From NCBI RefSeq assembly GCF_000018105.1, contig NC_009925.1, forward strand, positions 2,910,001 to 2,942,000: DNA of 32,000 bases, read 5' to 3'. Within the stretch, counting starts at the first letter, position 1, and each line of letters begins with the position of its first letter. Shown here one piece after another: positions 18,273-25,645 of the stretch. The notes beneath the pieces were generated by a model. That model was not told where the DNA came from, did not search any database, and saw nothing but the letters and a program-made list of their open reading frames with translations. Both the position numbers and the translations under genes were made by a program. This DNA comes from Acaryochloris marina MBIC11017. GTDB taxonomy: Bacteria > Cyanobacteriota > Cyanobacteriia > Thermosynechococcales > Thermosynechococcaceae.

Positions 18273-19355
18273 TTAACCGTTGATGACAGGAGCAGTAAGA
18301 GCAACAGGAGCAGACTCACCAGCAGCCAAGTCTAAGGGGAAGTTATGAGCGTTACGCTCGTGCATAACTTCGAAACCCAAGTTGGCGCGGTTTAGTACGT
18401 CAGCCCATGTGTTCACAACGTTACCTTGTGAATCAACGATGGAGTGGTTGAAGTTGAAACCATTCAAGTTGAAAGCCATGGTGCTGATGCCCATTGCAGT
18501 CAACCAGATGCAGACAACGGGCCAGGCACCCAAGAAGAAGTGCAAGGAACGGCTGTTGCTGAAGGATGCATATTGGAAGATCAAACGACCGAAGTAGCCG
18601 TGGGCTGCAACGATGTTGTAGGTCTCTTCTTCTTGGCCGAACTTGTAACCGTAGTTGGCGGACTCACCTTCGGTGGTCTCACGAACTAGAGTGGAGCTAA
18701 CCAAGGAACCGTGCATGGCGGCGAATAAGGAACCACCCAATACACCAGCCACACCAAACATGTGGAAGGGGTGCATCAAGATGTTGTGCTCAGCTTGGAA
18801 CACGAACATGAAGTTGAAGGTTCCGCTGATGCCTAGAGGCATACCGTCGGAGAAGCTGCCCTGACCTAGAGGATAGATCAAGAAGACAGAGTAGGTAGCG
18901 GCCAAAGGTGCAGAGTAAGCTACGCAAATCCAAGGACGCATCCCTAGACGGTAGCTGTACTCCCACTGACGACCGAGGTAGCAAATACAACCAATCATGT
19001 AATGGAAGATGATTAGCTGGTAAGGGCCACCGTTGTACAACCACTCGTCAAGAGAAGCTGCTTCCCAAATGGGATACAGGTGAAGGCCAATGGCGTTAGA
19101 AGAAGGAACAACAGCACCAGTGATGATGTTGTTGCCATATAGAAGTGAACCAGCCACGGGCTCACGGATTCCATCGATGTCGACGGGAGGTGCGCCGATG
19201 AAGGCGATTACGAAACAAGTTACAGCGGTGAGAAGTGTAGGAATCATCAATACGCCGAACCAACCGATGTATAAACGGTTGTTGGTGCTGGTGATGAAGC
19301 TACAGAATCTTTCCCATGCGCTGGCGCTTTCGCGTCTTTGCAAGACTGTTGTCAT
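18273..19355 (-). CDS. psbA: Photosystem II reaction-centre protein D1
   Basis: 360 aa, [18 protein letters not shown]... All canonical ligands are present by my own numbering: D170, E189, H190, H198, H215, H272, H332, E333, H337, D342, A344. A 16-aa C-terminal extension follows. Residue 130 is Gln. G80, F158 and T286 are canonical, so this is not the D1-prime type. Confidence 0.97.
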   Translation of the reverse strand: MTTVLQRRESASAWERFCSFITSTNNRLYIGWFGVLMIPTLLTAVTCFVIAFIGAPPVDIDGIREPVAGSLLYGNNIITGAVVPSSNAIGLHLYPIWEAASLDEWLYNGGPYQLIIFHYMIGCICYLGRQWEYSYRLGMRPWICVAYSAPLAATYSVFLIYPLGQGSFSDGMPLGISGTFNFMFVFQAEHNILMHPFHMFGVAGVLGGSLFAAMHGSLVSSTLVRETTEGESANYGYKFGQEEETYNIVAAHGYFGRLIFQYASFSNSRSLHFFLGAWPVVCIWLTAMGISTMAFNLNGFNFNHSIVDSQGNVVNTWADVLNRANLGFEVMHERNAHNFPLDLAAGESAPVALTAPVING

Positions 19356-19421
19356 GGTTATGATTGCTGTTAACTAACATTAACTACGGGACAAAACTTA
19401 AAAGCTATGTCCACGTTACTA

Positions 19422-19450
19422 ATGATAATGATTTTATTTTTTTTTGTAAA
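19422..19450 (-). promoter_or_regulatory. Putative sigma-70-type psbA promoter
   Basis: On the minus strand: TTTACA (19450-19445), a 17-nt A-rich spacer, then TATCAT (19427-19422). This lies about 65 nt upstream of the psbA ATG in an AT-rich region. Sequence pattern only. Confidence 0.4.
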
Positions 19451-19609
19451 CTTGGATTCAGTTTTTTTGAAGAGACTGTCTAATTTACAAAGGTCTAACG
19501 ATTAACAGATAAAGGATTCAGATATTCTAACGAGGTTAAATCATTATTTTTCTGCGCGTTAATTGAGGTCTCTATCCTTTACAACTGTATCAATTCTGAG
19601 AGCCCAAAC

Positions 19610-20020
19610 TTAACCTGCAAATTTGTGAATTACAACTGCAGCGGCAAACCCGAGGCCAAAGTATCGAATAAATTGCCAGAACGGCTCTTTCAAATCATGC
19701 CACTTCCAGAGTTGGCTTTCAAGGGTCATGCCGAGGGTCTGAATCTGGTCTTGAATTTGATCTAGCTCCGTTTGCAACGCTGCTAGATCTTGCTCTGTTT
19801 GGGCTTTGGCAGACATATCCGTCTGCACATCGGCTAGCTTCTTTTCTAATTGAGCTTTTTCGGTCTGGGCAGTTTTGATCTCAAGATAACGATCTCTAAT
19901 TTGTTGAAGCGTATTTTCAGCCTCAGTTAAGGCTGCAGGGAATTCTGTATCGAAGTCTGTAGCAGCCTGCTCTGACTGTCCTGCCATGTTCTCTAGGGTG
20001 GGTTGTTCCGATGATTCCAT
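19610..20020 (-). CDS. Hypothetical coiled-coil protein with a C-terminal membrane anchor
   Basis: 136 aa. It has an acidic N-terminus, a long Q/E/K/L heptad-like region (QIRDRYLEIKTAQTEKAQLEKKLADVQ...ELDQIQDQIQTL) and a hydrophobic tail FIRYFGLGFAAAVVI. Confidence 0.6.
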   Translation of the reverse strand: MESSEQPTLENMAGQSEQAATDFDTEFPAALTEAENTLQQIRDRYLEIKTAQTEKAQLEKKLADVQTDMSAKAQTEQDLAALQTELDQIQDQIQTLGMTLESQLWKWHDLKEPFWQFIRYFGLGFAAAVVIHKFAG

Positions 20021-20084
20021 TCTGGTTCGTCAAATTTAGGGATTATTAATTTATTGATCTCGGATCGGGGGGTGGAGCCCCACC

Positions 20085-22511
20085 ATGACCGATGGTGGAA
20101 GTGGTCTAACGCAATTTTTCCCTGTGCCTAAACCATCTTTTCCACAGCAACGCTGGCAAATTGCTGATCCAGAGCACACTCTAGTAGACAAGATTGCGAT
20201 CGCAACTGGATTATCGCCTCTTTTGGCCGCAGTATTAGCCAACCAAGGGATAGGGTCTGTCGAAGCGGCTCAACAGTTTTTGGCACCAGAGTCCCAGAGC
20301 TTACCCTCTCCTCTTGAAGCATTCCCGGATTTGGCTGCTAGCTTAACGTTGTTACAGGATGCGATCGCATCTCGACACAAAATTGCCATCTGTGGCGACT
20401 ATGATGCAGACGGCATGACCAGCACGGCTCTACTACTGCGCGTCCTGAGAGCATTGGGTGCTGACGTAGACTATGCGATACCAAGCCGCATGCAGGAAGG
20501 CTACGGCATTAACCAACGGATCGTCGAGGAATTTGCGGCAGATAACGTGACGCTGGTGTTAACCGTAGACAACGGTATTGCCGCCTATGACCCTATTGTG
20601 AGAGCCCGCGAACTGGGATTAACCGTCATCATCACGGATCACCATGATCTGCCGCCTCAGCTCCCCCCGGCCAACGCCATTCTCAATCCCAAATTAGTGC
20701 CAGAAGACTCCCCTTATCGAGGGTTAGCAGGGGTGGGGGTCGCTTATGTCTTAGCCACCCTACTCGCCCAAGAGCAAGGTAATACCACCCTGATTACCCC
20801 TCTACTAGAACTGTTTACCCTGGGCACCATTGCTGATTTGGCTCCCTTAGTGGGGGTCAATCGCCGCTGGCTACAGCGAGGTTTAGCCCTCTTGCCCCAC
20901 TCTCGATTAGCAGGGGTACAGTCTTTGATGCAGGTGTCGGGCTGTGTCTCTGCCGATCAAGCCCTCAAACCGGACGCTATTGGCTTCCGACTCGGTCCCC
21001 GCATCAATGCCGTGGGCCGGATTGCCGATCCACAAACGGTAATTGAGCTATTAACGACTGACGACCCAGGCATCGCGTTTGCCCGAGCCATGCAGTGTGA
21101 GCAGGCTAACCAGCATCGACGTCAGCTCTGTGCCGACATTGAGATAGAGGCGATCGAACTCGTTGAAACCCTTGTCCGACAGGGGAAAGCGCCGTGGCAA
21201 CCAGAGGGCGATTGGGTGATTATGCTGGTTCATCCCGGTTGGCATCATGGCGTGATTGGGATTGTGGCGTCTCGGTTAGTGGAACGCTACGGACTACCGG
21301 TTTTTATTGCCACCTATGAAGCAGAAGACCATACCCATATCCGTGGATCCGCCCGAGGGATTCCTGAATTTGATGTGTTTGCAGCCCTACAAGCCTGTGA
21401 TGAAGCCTTAGGTCGCTATGGGGGCCACCGAGCAGCAGGCGGATTTTCCTTAGCAACCGACCAGTTAGAGAAGATGCGATCGCACCTGCGTACCTACGCC
21501 CACCAAACCTTACAGATAGATCAGCTCAAGCCTCTGGTAACGGTCGATGCCCAAGCCAGCTTCACTCAGATCGATTGGGATCTCTACGAGCAAATTAATC
21601 AGCTGCATCCCTGCGGTATTGGCAATCCAGAACCGATTTTTTGGACCGCCAATGTTGAAGTGGTAGAGCAGCGACCCGTGGGCAAGGACAAAAGCCATTT
21701 AAAGCTCACCCTAGCTCATACTGAATCAGACGATCGGCAGCAGTTGATTAAAGGGATGGCATGGCGGTGGGGCACCTATTATCCTTTACCCCAGCGGATC
21801 GACGTTGCCTATCGCCTTAGAGAAAATACTTGGAACCAGCAAACCAATTTGGAGCTGGAAATTTTAGGGATTCGGGAGCCCGTTGTAGACCCACCCCACT
21901 CACTATCTCGTACTCCAATTGTGGTTGCCCAAGCCGATAAAGGGGCACCCGTTGTTCGCCAGCAAGTGGCCTTACACTGTCCAGAGCCCGACGTATCACC
22001 CACACTACTACAAGCCATAGAGTGGTCGAGCTTGGGGGATTGGCCTCAAGTCCTACAAGGCATTAGCGGTCATATTCTCATGTATGGTTATCAGCGTCCC
22101 TATGTATCGACGACAACCCTGCCCGGAACGGTGGAATACGACCGGCCTAGCCGTTCCTGTGACTGTCTAATTCTATGGTCTTTGCCGCCTTCATGGACCC
22201 ATTTACGCTGGTTATTAGCCTTGGCTCGGCCCCAGCAAATTTATATTCGCAACCATAGTCCAGCAATTTTGCCAGCAGAGGAATTAAAGGCAAAACTAAA
22301 GTTTGAAATAGCAAAAAACGGTGACGACCCCCTTAACTTACTGAACTTAGGCCAGCAATGGTGGGTTGCACCGAGTACAATTGTTTCTGCTTTTAGAGAA
22401 ATAGGTTACCCCTGCTCTGATTTCCCGGAGACGGGTGTGTTAGAGCAGGAGTTAAAACGCTTGCAACGTTGGTATCATTGTTCAGCCAATCGATTGGCAG
22501 GGTTAACCTAG
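20085..22511 (+). CDS. recJ: Single-stranded-DNA-specific exonuclease RecJ (long form)
   Basis: 808 aa. DHH motifs: ICGDYDADGMTS, TVDNGI, IITDHH. DHHA1 motif: GGHRAAGG. About 230 aa of extra C-terminal sequence was not recognised. Confidence 0.9.
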   Translation: MTDGGSGLTQFFPVPKPSFPQQRWQIADPEHTLVDKIAIATGLSPLLAAVLANQGIGSVEAAQQFLAPESQSLPSPLEAFPDLAASLTLLQDAIASRHKIAICGDYDADGMTSTALLLRVLRALGADVDYAIPSRMQEGYGINQRIVEEFAADNVTLVLTVDNGIAAYDPIVRARELGLTVIITDHHDLPPQLPPANAILNPKLVPEDSPYRGLAGVGVAYVLATLLAQEQGNTTLITPLLELFTLGTIADLAPLVGVNRRWLQRGLALLPHSRLAGVQSLMQVSGCVSADQALKPDAIGFRLGPRINAVGRIADPQTVIELLTTDDPGIAFARAMQCEQANQHRRQLCADIEIEAIELVETLVRQGKAPWQPEGDWVIMLVHPGWHHGVIGIVASRLVERYGLPVFIATYEAEDHTHIRGSARGIPEFDVFAALQACDEALGRYGGHRAAGGFSLATDQLEKMRSHLRTYAHQTLQIDQLKPLVTVDAQASFTQIDWDLYEQINQLHPCGIGNPEPIFWTANVEVVEQRPVGKDKSHLKLTLAHTESDDRQQLIKGMAWRWGTYYPLPQRIDVAYRLRENTWNQQTNLELEILGIREPVVDPPHSLSRTPIVVAQADKGAPVVRQQVALHCPEPDVSPTLLQAIEWSSLGDWPQVLQGISGHILMYGYQRPYVSTTTLPGTVEYDRPSRSCDCLILWSLPPSWTHLRWLLALARPQQIYIRNHSPAILPAEELKAKLKFEIAKNGDDPLNLLNLGQQWWVAPSTIVSAFREIGYPCSDFPETGVLEQELKRLQRWYHCSANRLAGLT

Positions 22512-22627
22512 GTTGCGTTACTCCGAAGAGCAACCAATAGCACGACAACTGGGCCAGCAATGACGACAGCGCCAAGCATAGATAGTTGAAGTACAACTTG
22601 TAAATTAAGTGCAGCTAGTAAGTCCAT
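22508..22627 (-). CDS. psb30: Photosystem II protein Psb30 (Ycf12)-like small membrane protein, 39 aa
   Basis: Not in the ORF track, which appears to list only ORFs of 60 aa or more. Hand translation gives MDLLAALNLQVVLQLSMLGAVVIAGPVVVLLVALRSNAT. It is preceded by GGGAGGAAGG directly upstream of the ATG. The pattern N-x-[EQ]-V-[IV]-x-QL...AGP-x-[VI][VI]-x-LL-x-x-R matches Ycf12 as I recall it. Confidence 0.65.
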   Translation of the reverse strand: MDLLAALNLQVVLQLSMLGAVVIAGPVVVLLVALRSNAT

Positions 22628-22813
22628 CCTTCCTCCCAGATTAACTCAAGTATTGCGAGCGAACGCGCCCTCTATTCTACCTGGTTACGGGATCGCTTGC
22701 GAGGGGGATTTTGATAGGATTATCTTATTAGCTCTGATCAGGGTGAAAATTGTTAGCGATTCAATCCCGATCCTGCAATTGATATCAGCCGTTTAGGATA
22801 AGGTCGCCAAGGT

Positions 22814-23164
22814 ATGGCAAATTGGTGTTGCATCGAGCAATGTGGGGCCTGTTGTCATCTTGATCCAACGGAACGCCCTGATGTTCAAGAGTATTTAACC
22901 CCAGAAGAATGGGAGCATTACCTCAGCTTGGTCGGTTCCAATGGCTGGTGCATTCATTTCGATGCAGACCATCGGCGATGCAAAATCTATGCCGATCGAC
23001 CTCAGTTTTGCCGGGTCAAGCCAGAGGTCTTTCAGCGCATGTATGGTGTGGCTCCTGAAGATTTGAATGATTTTGCGATCGCATGTTGTCGCCAACAAAT
23101 CGATGCCGTTTACGGTGACCGCAGCTTAGAAAGCCTCCGGTTTGAACGGGAGATCGGTTTCTAG
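22814..23164 (+). CDS. YkgJ-family (CxxCxxCC) cysteine-cluster protein
   Basis: 116 aa. N-terminal CCIEQCGACC and a second Cys group, C..F(x7)RCKIY..RP.FCR, typical of UPF0153/YkgJ. Confidence 0.85.
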   Translation: MANWCCIEQCGACCHLDPTERPDVQEYLTPEEWEHYLSLVGSNGWCIHFDADHRRCKIYADRPQFCRVKPEVFQRMYGVAPEDLNDFAIACCRQQIDAVYGDRSLESLRFEREIGF

Positions 23165-23182
23165 CTCGCCCTTCCAGGCATA

Positions 23183-23599
23183 ATGGGTCTAGTCAGCTGC
23201 GATGTGAATGGCAGTCGCAGGTTTATTTTGTTTAGGCTTACCGTGAGTGATACCAATCCCGTCTCTGCCAATCTTCAGACTTCTGCCTCACCGAACAATC
23301 AGCCCCCCAACCCTACTAAAGGGTTTAGCAAGGAATTTGGGTTAGCCTTTGTCACGGTGTTCCTAGCGGAACTGGGGGATAAAACGCAGTTGAGTACCCT
23401 CTTAATGACGGCGGAGTCTCAGTCACCCTGGATTATCTTTCTTGGTGCGGCAGCCGCTTTAGTAACCACCAGCCTATGTGGGGTGCTGATTGGCCAGTGG
23501 CTGGCCCGTCGAGTCTCAGAAAGTACACTCAACACCGTGACTGGGGCTAGCTTGCTGTTTATTGCAGTCTTGTTGATTTGGGATACCGTACATCTCTAA
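23183..23599 (+). CDS. GDT1/TMEM165 (UPF0016) family half-transporter, N-terminal-type subunit. The start is uncertain (alternative GTG at 23243).
   Basis: The E-x-G-D-K-T motif (FLAELGDKTQL) is followed by two more hydrophobic helices. Confidence 0.85.
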   Translation: MGLVSCDVNGSRRFILFRLTVSDTNPVSANLQTSASPNNQPPNPTKGFSKEFGLAFVTVFLAELGDKTQLSTLLMTAESQSPWIIFLGAAAALVTTSLCGVLIGQWLARRVSESTLNTVTGASLLFIAVLLIWDTVHL

Positions 23600-23618
23600 T
23601 GCTTAGGAGCCAAAGACC

Positions 23619-23906
23619 ATGGATTGGAAGTTATTAGGGCTCAGTTTTGTTGTGGTGTTTTTAGCAGAACTGGGGGATAAAAGTCAGTTGGCCGCCATCA
23701 CCCTCAGCGGCAATTGCCAACATCCTCGGGCCATTTTTCTCGGTACCTCTTCTGCCCTGATTTTTGCCAGTTTGTTAGGAGTTTTACTGGGAGAAGGCGT
23801 GGGACAATTGTTGCCCACACAACTGATGAAGGCCATAGCAGCCATTGGGTTTGCGCTTTTGGGTATTTCTTTCCTCTGGGCTCCTGCGGAAGCTGATGTG
23901 GAGTGA
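23619..23906 (+). CDS. GDT1/TMEM165 (UPF0016) family half-transporter, second subunit
   Basis: 95 aa. FLAELGDKSQL motif and three hydrophobic helices. It lies 19 nt after the first half. Confidence 0.85.
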   Translation: MDWKLLGLSFVVVFLAELGDKSQLAAITLSGNCQHPRAIFLGTSSALIFASLLGVLLGEGVGQLLPTQLMKAIAAIGFALLGISFLWAPAEADVE

Positions 23907-24034
23907 TTCAATACTCCGGGTCACAACAGCAAATATTAATATTGAAATAGCTAGTCTGACTGGCATTGGCAGATGACTGGCAGGACTACATCAGGTCTTT
24001 TGATCCAAAGCACATTCATAGGTTCTTCACCCCT

Positions 24035-24568
24035 ATGGCCGCATCCAAAATCAACCTCACAACTCTCAAGCAGCATCTCAAACAAGCTTCAAAAGACAAC
24101 CTTGTTGAGGAGATTAGCGAGCTATTCAAAACCTTCCCAGGGGTCAAAGAATATTACCAACTCAAACCCAGTCCAGAAACGGAATAGTCTGTAGGGGAAA
24201 GCTACAAACAAAAAATTGAAAACGAGTTTTTCCCGAAGCGAGGCTTTGGCAAAGGTCGGCTATCCGTTGCTCGCAAAGCGGTCAATGACTATAAAAAAGT
24301 CTGTCGTACGCCCACTGCGCAAGTCGATATGATGCTGTTCTATGTTGAGCAAGGGGTTAAGTTTACCGATGCCTATGGCGATATTGACGAACCCTTTTAT
24401 AACAGTATGGAGAGCATGTTCGCCTCTGCTACTAAAGCCATTGCTAAATATGGTTTACATGGAGTTACCGAAGGTCGATGCCGCCAAATTGTGCAAGACA
24501 CTTCACAAACCGGTTGGGGATTTCATGACACCCTTCTAGAGATTTATCAAGAAACCTTCGGCAAGTAA
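24035..24568 (+). pseudogene. DUF6155-like gene interrupted by one in-frame TAG (24185-24187)
   Basis: The track ORFs 23966-24187 and 24329-24568 are in the same frame (both start coordinates are 2 mod 3). The 141 nt between them (24188-24328) contain no further stop and translate to a family-like sequence, SVGESYKQKIENEFFPKRGFGKGRLSVARKAVNDYKK. The likely start is the ATG at 24035 (MAASKINLTTLKQHLK). Confidence 0.6.
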
Positions 24569-24620
24569 GCACTCCAGAGGGATACATCAATTGTTTACTG
24601 GTGTGTGCCGGTGCCGCCCC

Positions 24621-24860
24621 CTATACGGTCTGATCCAAGTATTCTTCTGTAGTATCTACTTGAAGAAGCTCACAGGCAATTTTATCGACCAGTAAAGCTG
24701 TCGAAAACTCACTAGAGTAGATCTCTAAAACGGCCTGAGTATGACATTCAAATAGAATTCGCTGCTGCTGAAAAACCACCTTTTCAAAGTACCAATTCTG
24801 AATATTGGAAATGCGAATAATTTCCAGAAAAGGGGTTTGGTTGACATAGCTACACAGCAT
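24621..24860 (-). CDS. DUF1830 domain protein (cyanobacteria-restricted family)
   Basis: 79 aa. The pattern CSYVNQT...IIRISNIQNWYFEKVVFQQQRILFE matches the DUF1830 signature (CxYxN...I.NI.NWYFERVVFPGQRLLFE) as I recall it. Confidence 0.7.
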   Translation of the reverse strand: MLCSYVNQTPFLEIIRISNIQNWYFEKVVFQQQRILFECHTQAVLEIYSSEFSTALLVDKIACELLQVDTTEEYLDQTV

Positions 24861-25070
24861 TGAATCAACAGCCTTACTTTAAGTAGATTTGAACGACTAT
24901 CGAGATAAGCGCTAGGGAATCATTCCTCAACGATTCAGCATCAGCAAAAGTAAGTCTATGGAACGTAGGGCAGGCTGGCCCCTCTTATGTCAGCCTTGTT
25001 TGCAGTCAGACTTTGATATGGACAGCGAGTTGCCATAGTGGTTGTAATTTTTAAGCCCCCCACACCTCAA

Positions 25071-25421
25071 TTAACCGCTAAAGGTATTTTTGTAGATTCC
25101 TTTAAGCTGCTCGTAATCTTGATTGAAGCCTGATTTTCGAAGAACGGCTAATCGTTTTTCTAGCGCCACCCTGGCATTATCTCGGCTGATGTTATTTATC
25201 TCTAGGCCAGCATTGGATGCAGTCACCAGAAAAAAGAGCCTTTTTGCATACAGGCTCGCGTATAGAGCACTCTGCATATCAATAATGCATAGATTCACAA
25301 GCAGACCAAAGACTGGATGCGATAAATAGGTCTCGCTAACAGCAGAGCTCGTATTTCCAGGAGTCTCTTTGTGAGAACGCTCTCGACTCAGATCATTTAA
25401 ATGGTCCGAATAGCTAGACAT
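25071..25421 (-). CDS. PipX-like protein (PII/NtcA co-regulator family) with a 27-aa N-terminal extension
   Basis: 116 aa. Residues ~28-116, ETYLSHPVFGLLVNLC....LYASLYAKRLFFLVT....NARVALEKRLAVLRKSG..QDYEQLKGIYKNTF, are collinear with the 89-aa PipX of Synechococcus elongatus as I recall it. Confidence 0.75.
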   Translation of the reverse strand: MSSYSDHLNDLSRERSHKETPGNTSSAVSETYLSHPVFGLLVNLCIIDMQSALYASLYAKRLFFLVTASNAGLEINNISRDNARVALEKRLAVLRKSGFNQDYEQLKGIYKNTFSG

Positions 25422-25645
25422 GATGGTGTACCTAATCAGAGGTAAATGCCTAAGGCTTTTGGCCCATTGACACTATGTACATTGAGTTCGAGAAATTGAA
25501 AAGTTCGATCCACACTTTTAGTGTGGTGGCATATTAAGACACTGTCCCCCAGACTTTTGCATCCAAAGTTACGGATATGGGGTGAGCCACATCAGAAAAA
25601 TAATGATACCGTGACAAACTCACTCTAGATCCAAGAGAGCTGCGC

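Noticed and set aside
18273-19355. psbA as a specialised D1-prime (microaerobic) or rogue D1 variant
   Set aside because: By my own residue numbering, G80, F158 and T286 are the canonical residues and all Mn4Ca, Fe and chlorophyll ligands are intact. It is a standard D1 with Gln130.
19401-19496. 31-codon hydrophobic plus-strand ORF (MSTLLMIMILFFF...) in the psbA upstream region
   Set aside because: It is produced by the T-rich promoter spacer sequence, has no RBS, and lies antisense to the predicted psbA promoter and 5' UTR.
22393-22596. 67-aa minus-strand track ORF at the recJ 3' end
   Set aside because: It is out of frame with the Psb30-like reading frame (start coordinate 0 mod 3 versus 1 mod 3) and overlaps the recJ coding sequence. 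The 39-codon ORF at 22508-22627, with its strong RBS, explains the locus better.
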